Of a stretch of 64,000 nucleotides of DNA, positions 10,070 to 19,480 are shown one piece after another. This stretch comes from an uncultured bacterium. Its GTDB lineage: Bacteria; Fermentibacterota; Fermentibacteria; Fermentibacterales; JCC-6. Both the position numbers and the translations under genes were made by a program. The stretch lies in NCBI GenBank assembly GCA_964386635.1, contig CAYLRO010000003.1, positions 13,345-77,344 of the forward strand. Direction: 5' to 3'. Each line of letters starts with the position of its first letter. The stretch's first letter is position 1. A model generated the notes under the pieces. It did no database searches. It was given only the letters and a program-made list of their open reading frames with translations, and was not told the origin of the DNA.

Positions 10070-11181
10070 GGATCACGAATATGTATGATGTGGTAATAGA
10101 GGATGGTTTTTCAGGATACTGCGTTGTGAAGCTGAAGAGAGTTCTTGCTCAAATGGTGGAACAGGCAGGCGGATGGCCTGACGGAACATCAGAGGGGGAC
10201 AGAGTTCTTCTTAAAGTAAATATGCTGGCAGCGAAGGATCCTTCCCGGGGAATAACAACTCACCCGGCAGTTGTTGCTGCCGTTGTTTTGCTTCTTCAGG
10301 ATAGAGGCTGTCTGGTTGAGATCGGCGACAGCCCCGGTGGAGCAGTTAAAGGCGTAAAACGCTACTGGGAGAAGTGCGGATTTCAACTTGCAGCGGATAT
10401 CACCGGTGCAGCCCTGGTGAGTTTTGAAGCATCAGGTTCCAGAAATGTTTCCATTCATGGAAGAGATTACGATGTTGCGTTGCCGGTTCTGGACCGTTAC
10501 CAATGCAGGATCAACCTTTCCAAATTCAAGACACATTCCTATACCAGAATGACTAATTCAGTAAAGAACGCATTCGGTATAGTTCCAGGTTTCGGCAAAG
10601 CCATGCTACATGCAAGAAGCCCGAGACCCAGAGACCTTGCAGTTAACATTGTGGATCTCTTTGAGATTGCGGATTTCGGTTTGAACATAACCGATGGAAT
10701 ACTCTGCATGGACGGCAGAGGTCCCAGCACAGACGGCAGAAGACGGCATGAAGGGTTTATGGCTGTTTCCAGGAACGGAGTTCAGCTGGACATGATTCTT
10801 TCCGAGATGGCGGGTCTTCCGTGGGAACAGCTTGATTCAAACCGTGAAGGTTTCAACCGGAATCTGGCAAAACCCTTTGACAGTATCAAAGTAAAAGGCA
10901 GCCATAATTTTGTGGAATATGACATACCGAAACCTTCCTATCTGAATCACATTCCCCGGTGGCTTGGTTCAGCGGCAAAGGCCTTATTGAGAATAGCCCC
11001 TGTCTCCAACAGCAAATGCACAGGTTGCGGTGTGTGTGCCAGAGCCTGTCCTGTAAGTGCCATTGAGATAAGAAAAGGGAAGGCGGTAATGAAGAAAGGC
11101 GTTTGTATCATGTGTTTATGCTGTCATGAGATGTGTCCCGAGAATGCCGTTGAAATAAAGCTTCCCCTGGGGCTGGGCTGA
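10057..11181 (+). CDS. DUF362-family protein with C-terminal 2x[4Fe-4S] ferredoxin domain
   Basis: The N-terminus resembles DUF362 (VLLKVNMLAAKDP...HPAVVAAVV...IGDSPGG). Two CxxCxxCxxxCP ferredoxin motifs are present (CTGCGVCARACP and CIMCLCCHEMCP). The start overlaps the upstream gene by 13 nt. Confidence 0.7.
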   Translation: MSQLRITNMYDVVIEDGFSGYCVVKLKRVLAQMVEQAGGWPDGTSEGDRVLLKVNMLAAKDPSRGITTHPAVVAAVVLLLQDRGCLVEIGDSPGGAVKGVKRYWEKCGFQLAADITGAALVSFEASGSRNVSIHGRDYDVALPVLDRYQCRINLSKFKTHSYTRMTNSVKNAFGIVPGFGKAMLHARSPRPRDLAVNIVDLFEIADFGLNITDGILCMDGRGPSTDGRRRHEGFMAVSRNGVQLDMILSEMAGLPWEQLDSNREGFNRNLAKPFDSIKVKGSHNFVEYDIPKPSYLNHIPRWLGSAAKALLRIAPVSNSKCTGCGVCARACPVSAIEIRKGKAVMKKGVCIMCLCCHEMCPENAVEIKLPLGLG

Positions 11182-11183
11182 TC

Positions 11184-12089
11184 ATGAAGCGCAGTATCAC
11201 ATTCTCCCACAGGGTAGAGTACTTCTTCACCAGAGCAGCAGCTTTCACGGTACAGATTTTGCCCCTTAGAGCAGCACTGTTCTTCGGCGGCTGCCTTGGA
11301 AGAACAGCCTGGTTTCTCGGAGTAAGAAGAAAAGTTGCAGGAATAAACATAAGAACAGCGTTTCCTGAGATAAGCATGAAAGAAGCAGACCGGATCGGCC
11401 GAGCTTCTTATGCCAACAGCGGGAGATTCATGGCTGAGTTCATCAGACAGGGGAGAATGGGCAGAGAGTATTTTGACAAGTACATAACCCTGGAGAAAAC
11501 CCCTGCTTTAGAGAAACTAATGAGTTATAGCGGTGGAGTAATGGCTCTGGGTTTTCATTTCGGCAACTGGGAGTACAATGGCGCCTGCAATGTTTTCCTG
11601 GGAAAAGAGACAACTTTTCTGGTGGGAGAACAGCACAACAGTCTTGTGGATGGTTACATCAACAGGCTGAGATCTGCTCTTGGCCCGGGACTGCTTACCA
11701 GAGACGCCTCCATGCGGGGAGTCATAAGAGTTGCCAGGAAAGGCGGAGTAGTCTGCTGGCTCAGTGATCAGGATGCAGGGAAAAACGGTCTGGTTGTTGA
11801 TTTCTTCGGGCTTCCGGCTTCAACTCCCAGAGGTGCCGCAGCATTTGCAGTGAAACTGAACATGCCGATTCTCTGCAGTGTGACCATAAGAGAGAACGGA
11901 CCATTCCAGAGACTGTGCCCGGTGGCTTTTCTTGAACCTGATCCGTGTCTGCCTAAACATGAGGCTGAAGTGGATATCACACAGCGTTACACAAAGGTGC
12001 TGGAAGATATTGTCAGGGAGTATCCGGAGCAGTACTGGTGGGCTCACAGAAGGTGGAAGACAACCACAGACATATACAGCAGCAGTTAG
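11184..12089 (+). CDS. Lipid A biosynthesis (LpxL/HtrB-type) lysophospholipid acyltransferase family protein
   Basis: The 301-aa ORF has an N-terminal TM helix and an overall pattern typical of the Lip_A_acyltrans family (AALFFGGCLGRTAWFLGVRRKVAGINIRTAFPE...). It starts 3 nt after the upstream stop. Confidence 0.6.
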   Translation: MKRSITFSHRVEYFFTRAAAFTVQILPLRAALFFGGCLGRTAWFLGVRRKVAGINIRTAFPEISMKEADRIGRASYANSGRFMAEFIRQGRMGREYFDKYITLEKTPALEKLMSYSGGVMALGFHFGNWEYNGACNVFLGKETTFLVGEQHNSLVDGYINRLRSALGPGLLTRDASMRGVIRVARKGGVVCWLSDQDAGKNGLVVDFFGLPASTPRGAAAFAVKLNMPILCSVTIRENGPFQRLCPVAFLEPDPCLPKHEAEVDITQRYTKVLEDIVREYPEQYWWAHRRWKTTTDIYSSS

Positions 12090-12163
12090 CGGCATTGTTC
12101 GTTTATGTATTTACAATTATACTTTTTCCGGAGTTTGAGCCTGTTAGTCAATCCTGACAGGGA

Positions 12164-12826
12164 GTGTTTCGCATGGTGCTGCACAGACCTCTTCCTGTAG
12201 AACCGGAGCGTGCCTTTATCCTTGGAGCCGGACGATTCGGCTCCGGCGCGGCAATACGGATTCACAGAAAATGGCCTGAGTGTCAGCTGCACATTGCAGA
12301 TGTCAAACTGGAGATCCCGGAGAACCTTCCCGGTTTTCATCACTCTTTTACAGACGGTATTGATCTTTTGAACAAGCATCTGCAAGGTTCCAGGCCTGAT
12401 GATCTGATTGTGCCGTGTATTCCGGTTCATGCGGCTTTCAACATGGTTCTCAGCCATTTTGGATTCTCCATACCTGTACCAATTCACCTTCTGGATGAAC
12501 TTCCCGGAGCAATTCCCGGAAGCGATGGATGCATGTACTGTTCTCTCAGTGATTTCCTCTGTTCTGCCGATTGCCCGGAGCCTGAGGGGTATTGTACGGT
12601 TACCGGGGAGAAGAGGGCAGATGCTCTGTATGATGTGATAAATAACCTTGATGAGAGTGCCTATCAGATTCTTGTTGTAAGATCGGCAACCCTGCTGCCA
12701 GGAGTGGGAGCCTTTTCTTCCGGTGTACTTTCCGACCTGCTTGACCGTGCAAGAAGCAGGAAAGGTAGATGCCTGATAGCAACAGCTTCCAGATGTCACG
12801 GAGTAATACACGGATTCACTCATTAG
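12164..12826 (+). CDS. Hypothetical protein, Rossmann-like GxGxxG N-terminus and a Cys-rich segment
   Basis: I chose this plus-strand ORF because the overlapping minus-strand ORF 12086..12880 has the Arg/Lys/Ser-rich antisense-type composition. The N-terminus reads FILGAGRFGSGAAIRI. A CMYCSLSDFLCSADCPEPEGYC cluster follows. No family was recognised. Confidence 0.4.
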   Translation: MFRMVLHRPLPVEPERAFILGAGRFGSGAAIRIHRKWPECQLHIADVKLEIPENLPGFHHSFTDGIDLLNKHLQGSRPDDLIVPCIPVHAAFNMVLSHFGFSIPVPIHLLDELPGAIPGSDGCMYCSLSDFLCSADCPEPEGYCTVTGEKRADALYDVINNLDESAYQILVVRSATLLPGVGAFSSGVLSDLLDRARSRKGRCLIATASRCHGVIHGFTH

Positions 12827-12835
12827 TTTTTTCTT

Positions 12836-12864
12836 ATTGACATCTCTCAGAAACCGGACTATTC
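12836..12864 (+). promoter_or_regulatory. Putative sigma70-type promoter (TTGACA-17 nt-TATTCT) upstream of the FG-GAP gene
   Basis: TTGACA lies at 12836-12841 and TATTCT at 12859-12864, separated by a 17-nt spacer. The GTG start is at 12909 with a GAGAAGGG RBS. This is a sequence pattern only. Confidence 0.3.
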
Positions 12865-12908
12865 TTCCGTGTGGTTTCATGAAATTATTATTGAGAAGGG
12901 AATGATCA

Positions 12909-14105
12909 GTGAAATTAACTCTGATTCTGGTTGTTATTGCAGTTGGAATGAGCCTGGCAGCGGCCCCTAACTATGATCCGTACTACCTGCTTCAGGAAGG
13001 CTCAACCACTATAGACTGCGGCTACTACGGGTCACCCTGTGTTACCGACTGGAACAATGACGGCATGAAAGATCTTGTACTTGGAATCTTTACCGGTGGT
13101 AACATCTGGTTCTATGCCAACGAGAACACCAATGAAGACCCTGTATTCAACTCACATACTGTCATGCAGGCTGACGGGGTGAACATCACCCTGCCGGCCA
13201 GTTGATGCACCGGTGCTACAAATCCGCAGGCTGCGGATTGGAACGGTGACGGCCTGGACGACATCATTGTTGGCGACAGGAATGGATACGTAACATGGTT
13301 CAGAAGAACCGGCTCAGGAGTCAATGACCTGACATCCGAAGGACATCTGTCCGATGGCAGCGGAATCATTGACGTAGGTACGAACTCTGCTCCGGTTGTG
13401 GTTGACTGGAACGAAGATGGGCTGCTTGACCTGCTTATCGGCAACGAGAACAGTGGTCAGGGCATCAGGCTCTACATCAACTCAGGAACTGCAACAACCC
13501 CGGAACTCACCACCTGGAACTACATCTACAGTGCAGGATCCAGTATCAACTGGAGCAGGTGCTGCCCTCAGGTATACGACATGAACGGTGACGGCAATAA
13601 GGATCTTATTCTCGGAGATGATCCCGGCAAGATCTATTATTACGAGAACCAGGACAGCAACGACTCTCCTGTGTTCAACGGTTATGAGAATGTGCAGTAC
13701 GGCAATGTGAATATTGATCTGTATTACGGTGCCAGATTCTCCGTAAGTGACTGGAATGAAGACGGACTCCCTGACATCATCGCAAGCGATTACAACGGCA
13801 ATGTGAACATGTTCATAGCCAACAGTGTTGGACTTGCTGAAGAGGCCTCAGGTATTGTTGAAGGCGGCTTCGGTATTGTGCCTGCAGTTAATCCTGCACA
13901 GGGAGCTTTCAGCGTACTCGTGATGAATTCGCAGAGTTCTTCCCAGCTCACTGTTTATGATTCAGCAGGCAGAAGCGTTGTTAACACCAGTTCCGCCCAG
14001 GAGCTTGTGATAATTGAGGCCGGATCTCTTCCAACAGGTGTTTACACCGTGGTTGCAAGGAACAATGGCAGAATGTCTTCCTGCAGAATGGTGCTGACAG
14101 ACTAA
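12909..14105 (+). pseudogene. FG-GAP/VCBS-repeat secreted protein with T9SS C-terminal domain, interrupted by a single in-frame TGA at 13203-13205. The two ORF fragments are 12909..13205 and 13398..14105.
   Basis: The signal peptide is MKLTLILVVIAVGMSLAAAP. Repeated FG-GAP units (DWNNDGMKDLVLG, DWNGDGLDDIIVGD, DWNEDGLLDLLIGNE, DMNGDGNKDLILGDD, DWNEDGLPDIIASD) continue in the same frame straight through the TGA and the following 190 nt. The C-terminal ~80 aa are T9SS C-terminal-domain-like. Confidence 0.6.
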
Positions 14106-14120
14106 AACCGACCTGTATCT

Positions 14121-14150
14121 AAGGGCGGCTTTTCAGCCGCCCTTTTTGTT
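14121..14150. terminator. Bidirectional intrinsic terminator between convergent genes
   Basis: A perfect 10-bp stem (AAGGGCGGCT / AGCCGCCCTT) encloses a 4-nt loop and is followed by TTTTTGTT on the plus strand. Confidence 0.6.
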
Positions 14151-15339
14151 ACTGGTGTAACAGACTGACCTGCCGTGTTTCTGAAGAATGGCTGGAGAAT
14201 GGTTCTCCGCAGTCAACAGTGTAAAGCTGCTGGTAACCCAGTTCCGGATCGTCCTCCCAGGCCAGGATACCCTGTTCAGATATGGAGAATTGCCAGCTCC
14301 ATCCTGTTTCCTGGAATACTTTGTGTCCAAGAAGGATGCCGTCAAGATCGTAGATGTCAAAGAGCGGTCTTTCGCTGGTTCCTCTCTGTACCCAGATAGT
14401 GCTGTAGGGGCCAATCGCCACTTTCTTAACCATATCTCTGTAGGGTTCCGGGTTGAACTCCTGCATTCCCTGGGCCCCCATCTGGTTGAAGAAGCCTTCC
14501 ATGTAAGCCTTTTCATCAGCTATTTCTTCCTCGGTCTTAGCCACAGGTTCCAAATCAATGATGATGGTCAGTGCTTCAGAGCCATCAGGATTGAATCCAA
14601 TTACAGTGTATTCTTCAGATTCACAGAGAGAGAGTAGAATTATTTCACTGCTACCACCTACTGTGAGTCCGAGAAGGAAATCATTGATCATGTCCGAGGT
14701 GCCGTTTGCTATCAGGTGAGCCATTGTGAACTCTGTTGAGTCGCCCCAGAGAACAGTGTCGTATTCCGCTGTATCGTAAGTGAATATTGCCAGTCTTCTG
14801 TAAAGAATGAAGCTCTGGTCATCACCCTCTGCAAAGTCAGGTTTGTAGGCTGCGAAGGTAGAGTCAGAGATTGCAATGCACTGAAGGGGAGGATTCTGAG
14901 TCCAGTGCTGTATCTCTTCCACATAGTTCAAAGAATCGTCGAACACAACAAAACCCTGTTTATTCATGTTGTTAACAAGAGTTTTTCCGTTCATCTGGAA
15001 AAACTCGAAGGAGGCCACTGAAAGTTCCCCTGGTCCGTCACCCTGCCTGGAAATCTGACGGATGTACTCACCATCAGGAGTGTATTCTTTCAGGCATGAT
15101 CTTCCGCTATCAAGGACAAGGATGTTTCCTGTGGGCTCATGGTACTCTGCATCACTGAGAATTCCGAAGGTGTTTGTGGAATCACCCAGTTCCTCACCGA
15201 TGGAGCAGAGAATCCTCAGGGTATCTGTCTGGATTGCACCAGTCGCTGGCAGTTCCGCGACAGGGGTTTCCTGTTCGCAGGCTGCAGTAAGAAGTATTGA
15301 AAGGGCAATAAGACTACAGAGAATGGTTTTCATCAGCAA
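14149..15339 (-). CDS. Hypothetical lipoprotein (beta-propeller-like)
   Basis: The signal peptide has a lipobox (MKTILCSLIALSILLTAAC). The rest is a 396-aa mostly beta-rich sequence. Confidence 0.6.
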   Translation of the reverse strand: MLMKTILCSLIALSILLTAACEQETPVAELPATGAIQTDTLRILCSIGEELGDSTNTFGILSDAEYHEPTGNILVLDSGRSCLKEYTPDGEYIRQISRQGDGPGELSVASFEFFQMNGKTLVNNMNKQGFVVFDDSLNYVEEIQHWTQNPPLQCIAISDSTFAAYKPDFAEGDDQSFILYRRLAIFTYDTAEYDTVLWGDSTEFTMAHLIANGTSDMINDFLLGLTVGGSSEIILLSLCESEEYTVIGFNPDGSEALTIIIDLEPVAKTEEEIADEKAYMEGFFNQMGAQGMQEFNPEPYRDMVKKVAIGPYSTIWVQRGTSERPLFDIYDLDGILLGHKVFQETGWSWQFSISEQGILAWEDDPELGYQQLYTVDCGEPFSSHSSETRQVSLLHQ

Positions 15340-15441
15340 CTCCCCTTAAATAGTGTATAAACAGTAATATCAGCAGTTTTCACAGAATGTCAAAAACAGA
15401 GTGAAATCAGTATATTGCTCTTTAGGCGAAAGGGGTTCCAG

Positions 15442-16413
15442 GTGAAGATTTCAGTGCTCGGATGCGGCAGATGGGGTGGTTTCCATCTCTGGTATGCTGC
15501 AAGACAGGGTTATGATGTTACCGGATGGGAACCTGCTTCCAGCATTCCTTTCCGCAAGCTTATGGAGAGCAGATCCAATGCATTTCTTGATCTGCCTTCT
15601 GAAGTTAAGCTAACCACAGATCTTTCTGAAACTCTCGATGCAGATCAGATTATAATTTCCGTTCCTGCCCAGCTGTTCAGACAGCTTGCACGGGAACTGG
15701 CCGGGTATGACCTGTCTGGAAAAGACCTGGTTCTCTGCATGAAGGGTATTGAAGTAACCACCGGAAGCAGGTTGTCGGAGGTTGCACTGCAGGAGGGCGT
15801 AAAGGTTCGTTCACTGAGTGCATGGGTCGGGCCGGGGCATCCCCAGGATTTCACTGCAGGGGTTCCCGGGTGCATGCTCATTGCGTCTGATGACGAGGCA
15901 GCATCAGTTCGAATAACTGAAAGAATGGGCTCTTCTCTTGTAAGAATGTACCGTTCTTCTGACCTTACAGGCTGTGAGATCGGCGCAGCTGCAAAGAATG
16001 TTGTGGGTATAGCAGCGGGAATGCTTGACGGCATGAACATGAGTGGTCTTAAAGGCGCCCTCATGGCCCGTGCTCCTCAGGAGGTGGCAAGGCTGGTTGA
16101 TTCCTGCGGCGGTGACTGGAGAAGCGTTTATGGGCTTTCTCATCTGGGAGACTATGAAGCAACATTGTTTTCCAGATACAGTCGGAACAGAGCATTCGGC
16201 GAATCACTGGTAAAAGGTGAAGCAGCAGAGGGTCTGGCAGAAGGGGTTCCAACTTCCCGGGCTATGCTGCAGCTGGCTGCAGCTACCGGCGTGGAACTTC
16301 CCATCACATTAATGGTACGAAACATTATAGATAAGAAAACGGATTTGAAAGCTGCCATAGGTCAGCTGTTCCTCCGACCCCAGAAGGAAGAATTCAGTGC
16401 TTCCCTTTCGTAG
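15442..16413 (+). CDS. gpsA: NAD(P)H-dependent glycerol-3-phosphate dehydrogenase
   Basis: The N-terminus VKISVLGCGRWGG carries a GxGxxG motif. GpsA-like central and C-terminal regions are present (CMKGIE, SDDEAASVRITE..., AAKNVVGIAAGM). I prefer the GTG at 15442 with an AAAGGGG RBS. The ORF track gives an upstream ATG at 15415. Confidence 0.8.
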   Translation: MKISVLGCGRWGGFHLWYAARQGYDVTGWEPASSIPFRKLMESRSNAFLDLPSEVKLTTDLSETLDADQIIISVPAQLFRQLARELAGYDLSGKDLVLCMKGIEVTTGSRLSEVALQEGVKVRSLSAWVGPGHPQDFTAGVPGCMLIASDDEAASVRITERMGSSLVRMYRSSDLTGCEIGAAAKNVVGIAAGMLDGMNMSGLKGALMARAPQEVARLVDSCGGDWRSVYGLSHLGDYEATLFSRYSRNRAFGESLVKGEAAEGLAEGVPTSRAMLQLAAATGVELPITLMVRNIIDKKTDLKAAIGQLFLRPQKEEFSASLS

Positions 16414-17533
16414 CTTTATCCTGATCACAGCGTTGTCTGCAGTACTGTTTTCCGCTGAAGCCAGTGAAGCCGGGTGCAGGTATTTCTGGGTAGTCAGGGA
16501 TGGGCTCACTTCACCTGAACAGGTGGATGAGCTTCTTGAAAGAGCACAGATCTCCGGTGCAAACGGTGTGATAGTGCAGGTGGTTGGAAGAGGAGAAGCA
16601 TATTACCGGTCGGAAGTTATTCCTCAGGCGGAGTTCACAGGTTTTGATGATCCTCTGGATTATCTGATCATGAGAGCAGGGCCTATGGGACTTGAGGTCC
16701 ATGCCTGGGTGAATGCATTTCTTGTGTGGTCTGCTCCCTGGGAACCGGAGTCGCCGGATCATGTATATCACTCTCACCCTGAGTGGTTCACTTCCCATCT
16801 GTCAGGCAGAAGCAGCAGATCGTACACACAGGAAGAAGCAGAAGCAGCGGGTCTTGTGGGTGCAACTCTCTCTCCGGCATATCCTGAAGTCAGGGAGTAC
16901 ATAGCAGAGATAGCAGCTGAAATAGCAGAGAAGTACAATGTTGCAGGTATACATCTCGACTACATCAGGTATCCCAATTCCTCATTTGGTTTTTCTCCAG
17001 GTGAAAAGGAACGGTTTTTTCTGGATACAGGTCTTTATGCAGATAATAATCCTGAAGAGTGGAGCAGCTGGAAGAGAGAACAGGTAACACAGACTGTTGA
17101 AACAGTGAGAGCGGTACTGAGGTGCACTGCTCCGGATGTTCTTCTATCCTGTGCGGTTATGGCAAACCCGCACTCTGCTGCAGAAGAGTTTTCATGCGAC
17201 TGGCGATACTGGCTTGAACAGGGTCTTGTTGATCTGGCATTTCCAATGGCCTACACTTCTGATCAGGCACGAGCTCTTGAGCTTGCTGAGGTAATAACAG
17301 CTGAGAATCCTGAGAAGGTGGTTTACGGAATCGGCGTGTGGAACCAGAGTGTTTCCAATGCTCTCCGAGGCGCTGAAAGAGCACTTGATCTTGGTGCAGC
17401 CGGTGTGTGTGTTTTCAGTCTGAATTCACTTCCTTCCGGAGGTGAGCAGCTTCTGAGAAGCAGCTGGGGTTCAGGATCAATGCCTGATCACGGCGTTTCT
17501 CCGGCAATGTTCAACAGGGTGGTGACAAGATGA
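16397..17533 (+). CDS. Secreted glycoside-hydrolase-like family 10 (GHL10/DUF187-type) protein
   Basis: The signal peptide is followed by YFWVVRDGLTSPEQVDELLERAQISGANGVIVQVVGRGEAYYRS, which is typical of YngK-like GHL10 proteins. The start overlaps the gpsA end by 17 nt. Confidence 0.55.
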   Translation: MLPFRSFILITALSAVLFSAEASEAGCRYFWVVRDGLTSPEQVDELLERAQISGANGVIVQVVGRGEAYYRSEVIPQAEFTGFDDPLDYLIMRAGPMGLEVHAWVNAFLVWSAPWEPESPDHVYHSHPEWFTSHLSGRSSRSYTQEEAEAAGLVGATLSPAYPEVREYIAEIAAEIAEKYNVAGIHLDYIRYPNSSFGFSPGEKERFFLDTGLYADNNPEEWSSWKREQVTQTVETVRAVLRCTAPDVLLSCAVMANPHSAAEEFSCDWRYWLEQGLVDLAFPMAYTSDQARALELAEVITAENPEKVVYGIGVWNQSVSNALRGAERALDLGAAGVCVFSLNSLPSGGEQLLRSSWGSGSMPDHGVSPAMFNRVVTR

Positions 17534-18291
17534 AACTTGCTGTTCTTGCAAGCGGCTCTTCAGGGAATGCTCTGGCAGTGGAGTATCAGGGACAGATGCT
17601 TTTCTTTGATGCAGGGCTGAGTGGCAAGCAGCACAATCTCAGACTTCAGGACTCCGGTCTTCCGGCAGCTGCTCCTGCAGGTCTTTTCATCAGTCACGAG
17701 CACGGTGATCATTCCAGATGCGCCGGTGTTCTTGCAAGAAAGTGGAAGATACCTGTATTCGGCACAGAGGGAACCCTGAACGGTTCAAAACTCCCTGCTC
17801 AGAAACTTCACGGGCTTGAGGTATTCAGGAATGGTGACACAGTTCAGGTAGGAGTTTTCACTGTAAAGCCCTGGCTGATATCCCACGATGCCCGAGATCC
17901 CAGCGGATTCACAGTGTCTGCCGGAGGAAGAAAACTGGGTATTGCAACGGACATGGGGGTTGCAGGACAGCTGGAGTCAAAGATGCTTGCGGGCTGCAAC
18001 GGACTGGTTCTGGAATTTAATCATGATATAGATATGCTTTGGAATGGTCCTTACCCCTGGCCGCTGAAACAGAGGATTGCTTCGGGAGAAGGACATCTTT
18101 CCAACGAATCTGCCGAAAAGGTTCTTGCAGGTCTGGTTCATGCAGACCTGGGATTTTGCGTGGCTGCACATCTCAGCCAGGAGAACAACACGGCAGACCT
18201 TGCTGTAGAAGCCTGTGAGAGGACTGCAGCAGGAAGATTCAGAGTTTTAGCAGGGAAGCCCTATCAGGCATTACCCTTTATTGAAGTATAG
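17530..18291 (+). CDS. MBL-fold metallo-hydrolase (YycJ/PhnP-like)
   Basis: The protein contains an HxHxDH motif (SHEHGDHSRCAG) and an N-terminus MKLAVLASGSSGNALAVEY typical of the beta-lactamase superfamily. It overlaps the upstream gene by 4 nt. Confidence 0.8.
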   Translation: MKLAVLASGSSGNALAVEYQGQMLFFDAGLSGKQHNLRLQDSGLPAAAPAGLFISHEHGDHSRCAGVLARKWKIPVFGTEGTLNGSKLPAQKLHGLEVFRNGDTVQVGVFTVKPWLISHDARDPSGFTVSAGGRKLGIATDMGVAGQLESKMLAGCNGLVLEFNHDIDMLWNGPYPWPLKQRIASGEGHLSNESAEKVLAGLVHADLGFCVAAHLSQENNTADLAVEACERTAAGRFRVLAGKPYQALPFIEV

Positions 18292-18299
18292 GAGGCATC

Positions 18300-18827
18300 T
18301 TGTTTAGAACTGTTATTCTGGCAGCTGCCCTGACCTCTCTAGCAGTGGCAGGTACAATTGACTTTGTGGTTGAAGGGGCAGGTATTACACCTATAGGCGG
18401 TTGGGGAACTAACCTCAGTAATGGCCTTGCAGGCGGGGTTCAGGCAAACTGGCTGTTCTCCACCAGATTCAGAGCAGGGCTGGGAATTGAGGGGGCCACC
18501 TACGGTGACGGCTTTGACGGTAATGCTTCGTTCTCCCAGCTCAAGCCAATGGGCATTTTGTCCCTCTACCTGCGCCCTCATGGAAGAACATTCAATCCGG
18601 GACTTGTAGCTGCTTTCGGATACTGCAGAAGCAGACTTTCTTCCGGAGAAGGAATTGATCCAGCAAGCTGGGATCCATTCTGGAGAGCAGGTCTCAGGTG
18701 GAATTTCAGTCTTGGGTCTCCATGGCGGGCCGGACTGGGTTTTGACCTGGAAAGCGTGGCTGCTTCAGATAAGAGCGGAGATGCTTTCAGATTCACCTTC
18801 GGAGTATCCAGGGAGGTTCAGCTGTGA
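18300..18827 (+). CDS. Small outer-membrane beta-barrel-like protein (hypothetical)
   Basis: The protein has a signal peptide, Gly- and aromatic-rich alternating segments, and is 175 aa long. Confidence 0.45.
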   Translation: MFRTVILAAALTSLAVAGTIDFVVEGAGITPIGGWGTNLSNGLAGGVQANWLFSTRFRAGLGIEGATYGDGFDGNASFSQLKPMGILSLYLRPHGRTFNPGLVAAFGYCRSRLSSGEGIDPASWDPFWRAGLRWNFSLGSPWRAGLGFDLESVAASDKSGDAFRFTFGVSREVQL

Positions 18828-19477
18828 AAAAGATCATTCTGATCACGGCTTCAGCAGTGCTTGCTGTTTTTGCCGCCTGCGACAGTAATCCGCTTTATTT
18901 AAGGCTTGCTTCTGATTACTATCCGGTATCACCGGCTGGAGCAACCTGGGAGTATTCCATCCAGGGTGGTGGAAGCAGGATAGTAACTGTAGTGGACCAG
19001 ACCATTGTTGGAGAGAGGCCATGCTGGAGGCTGCAGTCCGGAGCGGATTACAGTTACTACATCAATGATGAGGGAAAACTTGAAAAATTCGAGGATCACA
19101 CTGTTCTATTCAACGGGTATGAGATACCTATTTATCAGGGTTGGATCACTTTGCTGAAGTGGCCCCTTGCTGATGGAATGACAAGAAGGGATTCTATTGG
19201 AGCACAGACTGTAAGCCAGGGAGTTACCCTGAGCCACACCTGGATAAGGAACCAGACTGTAACAGGGCCTGAAGTATCTCCTGACGGCAGCTGGGCGGAA
19301 TGTTACAGGATTCATCAGGAAGAGACAACAGTAAACTGGATACAGACTGCAGGTTTCGATCCGGAAACAACGGTTACCACCCGGAACATCTGGCTGGCTC
19401 CTGATGTGGGTACTGTGGCGGTGGAATCCCCTGACAGTGTGCTTACACTGACCTCGTTCACAGGCGGAGAGGAGTAG
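18824..19477 (+). CDS. Hypothetical lipoprotein
   Basis: The lipobox signal is MKKIILITASAVLAVFAAC. The gene is coupled to the upstream gene by a 4-nt overlap. Confidence 0.55.
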   Translation: MKKIILITASAVLAVFAACDSNPLYLRLASDYYPVSPAGATWEYSIQGGGSRIVTVVDQTIVGERPCWRLQSGADYSYYINDEGKLEKFEDHTVLFNGYEIPIYQGWITLLKWPLADGMTRRDSIGAQTVSQGVTLSHTWIRNQTVTGPEVSPDGSWAECYRIHQEETTVNWIQTAGFDPETTVTTRNIWLAPDVGTVAVESPDSVLTLTSFTGGEE

Positions 19478-19480
19478 AGT

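Noticed and set aside
12086-12880. 264-aa minus-strand ORF overlapping 12164..12826
   Set aside because: It is very Arg/Lys/Ser-rich, with low-complexity antisense-like composition. The plus-strand ORF has a GxGxxG motif and sits in a co-directional operon context.
13203-13205. Global stop-codon reassignment (UGA read as Gly or Trp) as the explanation for the in-frame TGA
   Set aside because: Many neighbouring genes plainly terminate at TGA, including the first gene, the GGDEF gene, the aroB-like gene and others. No other gene here needs TGA read-through.
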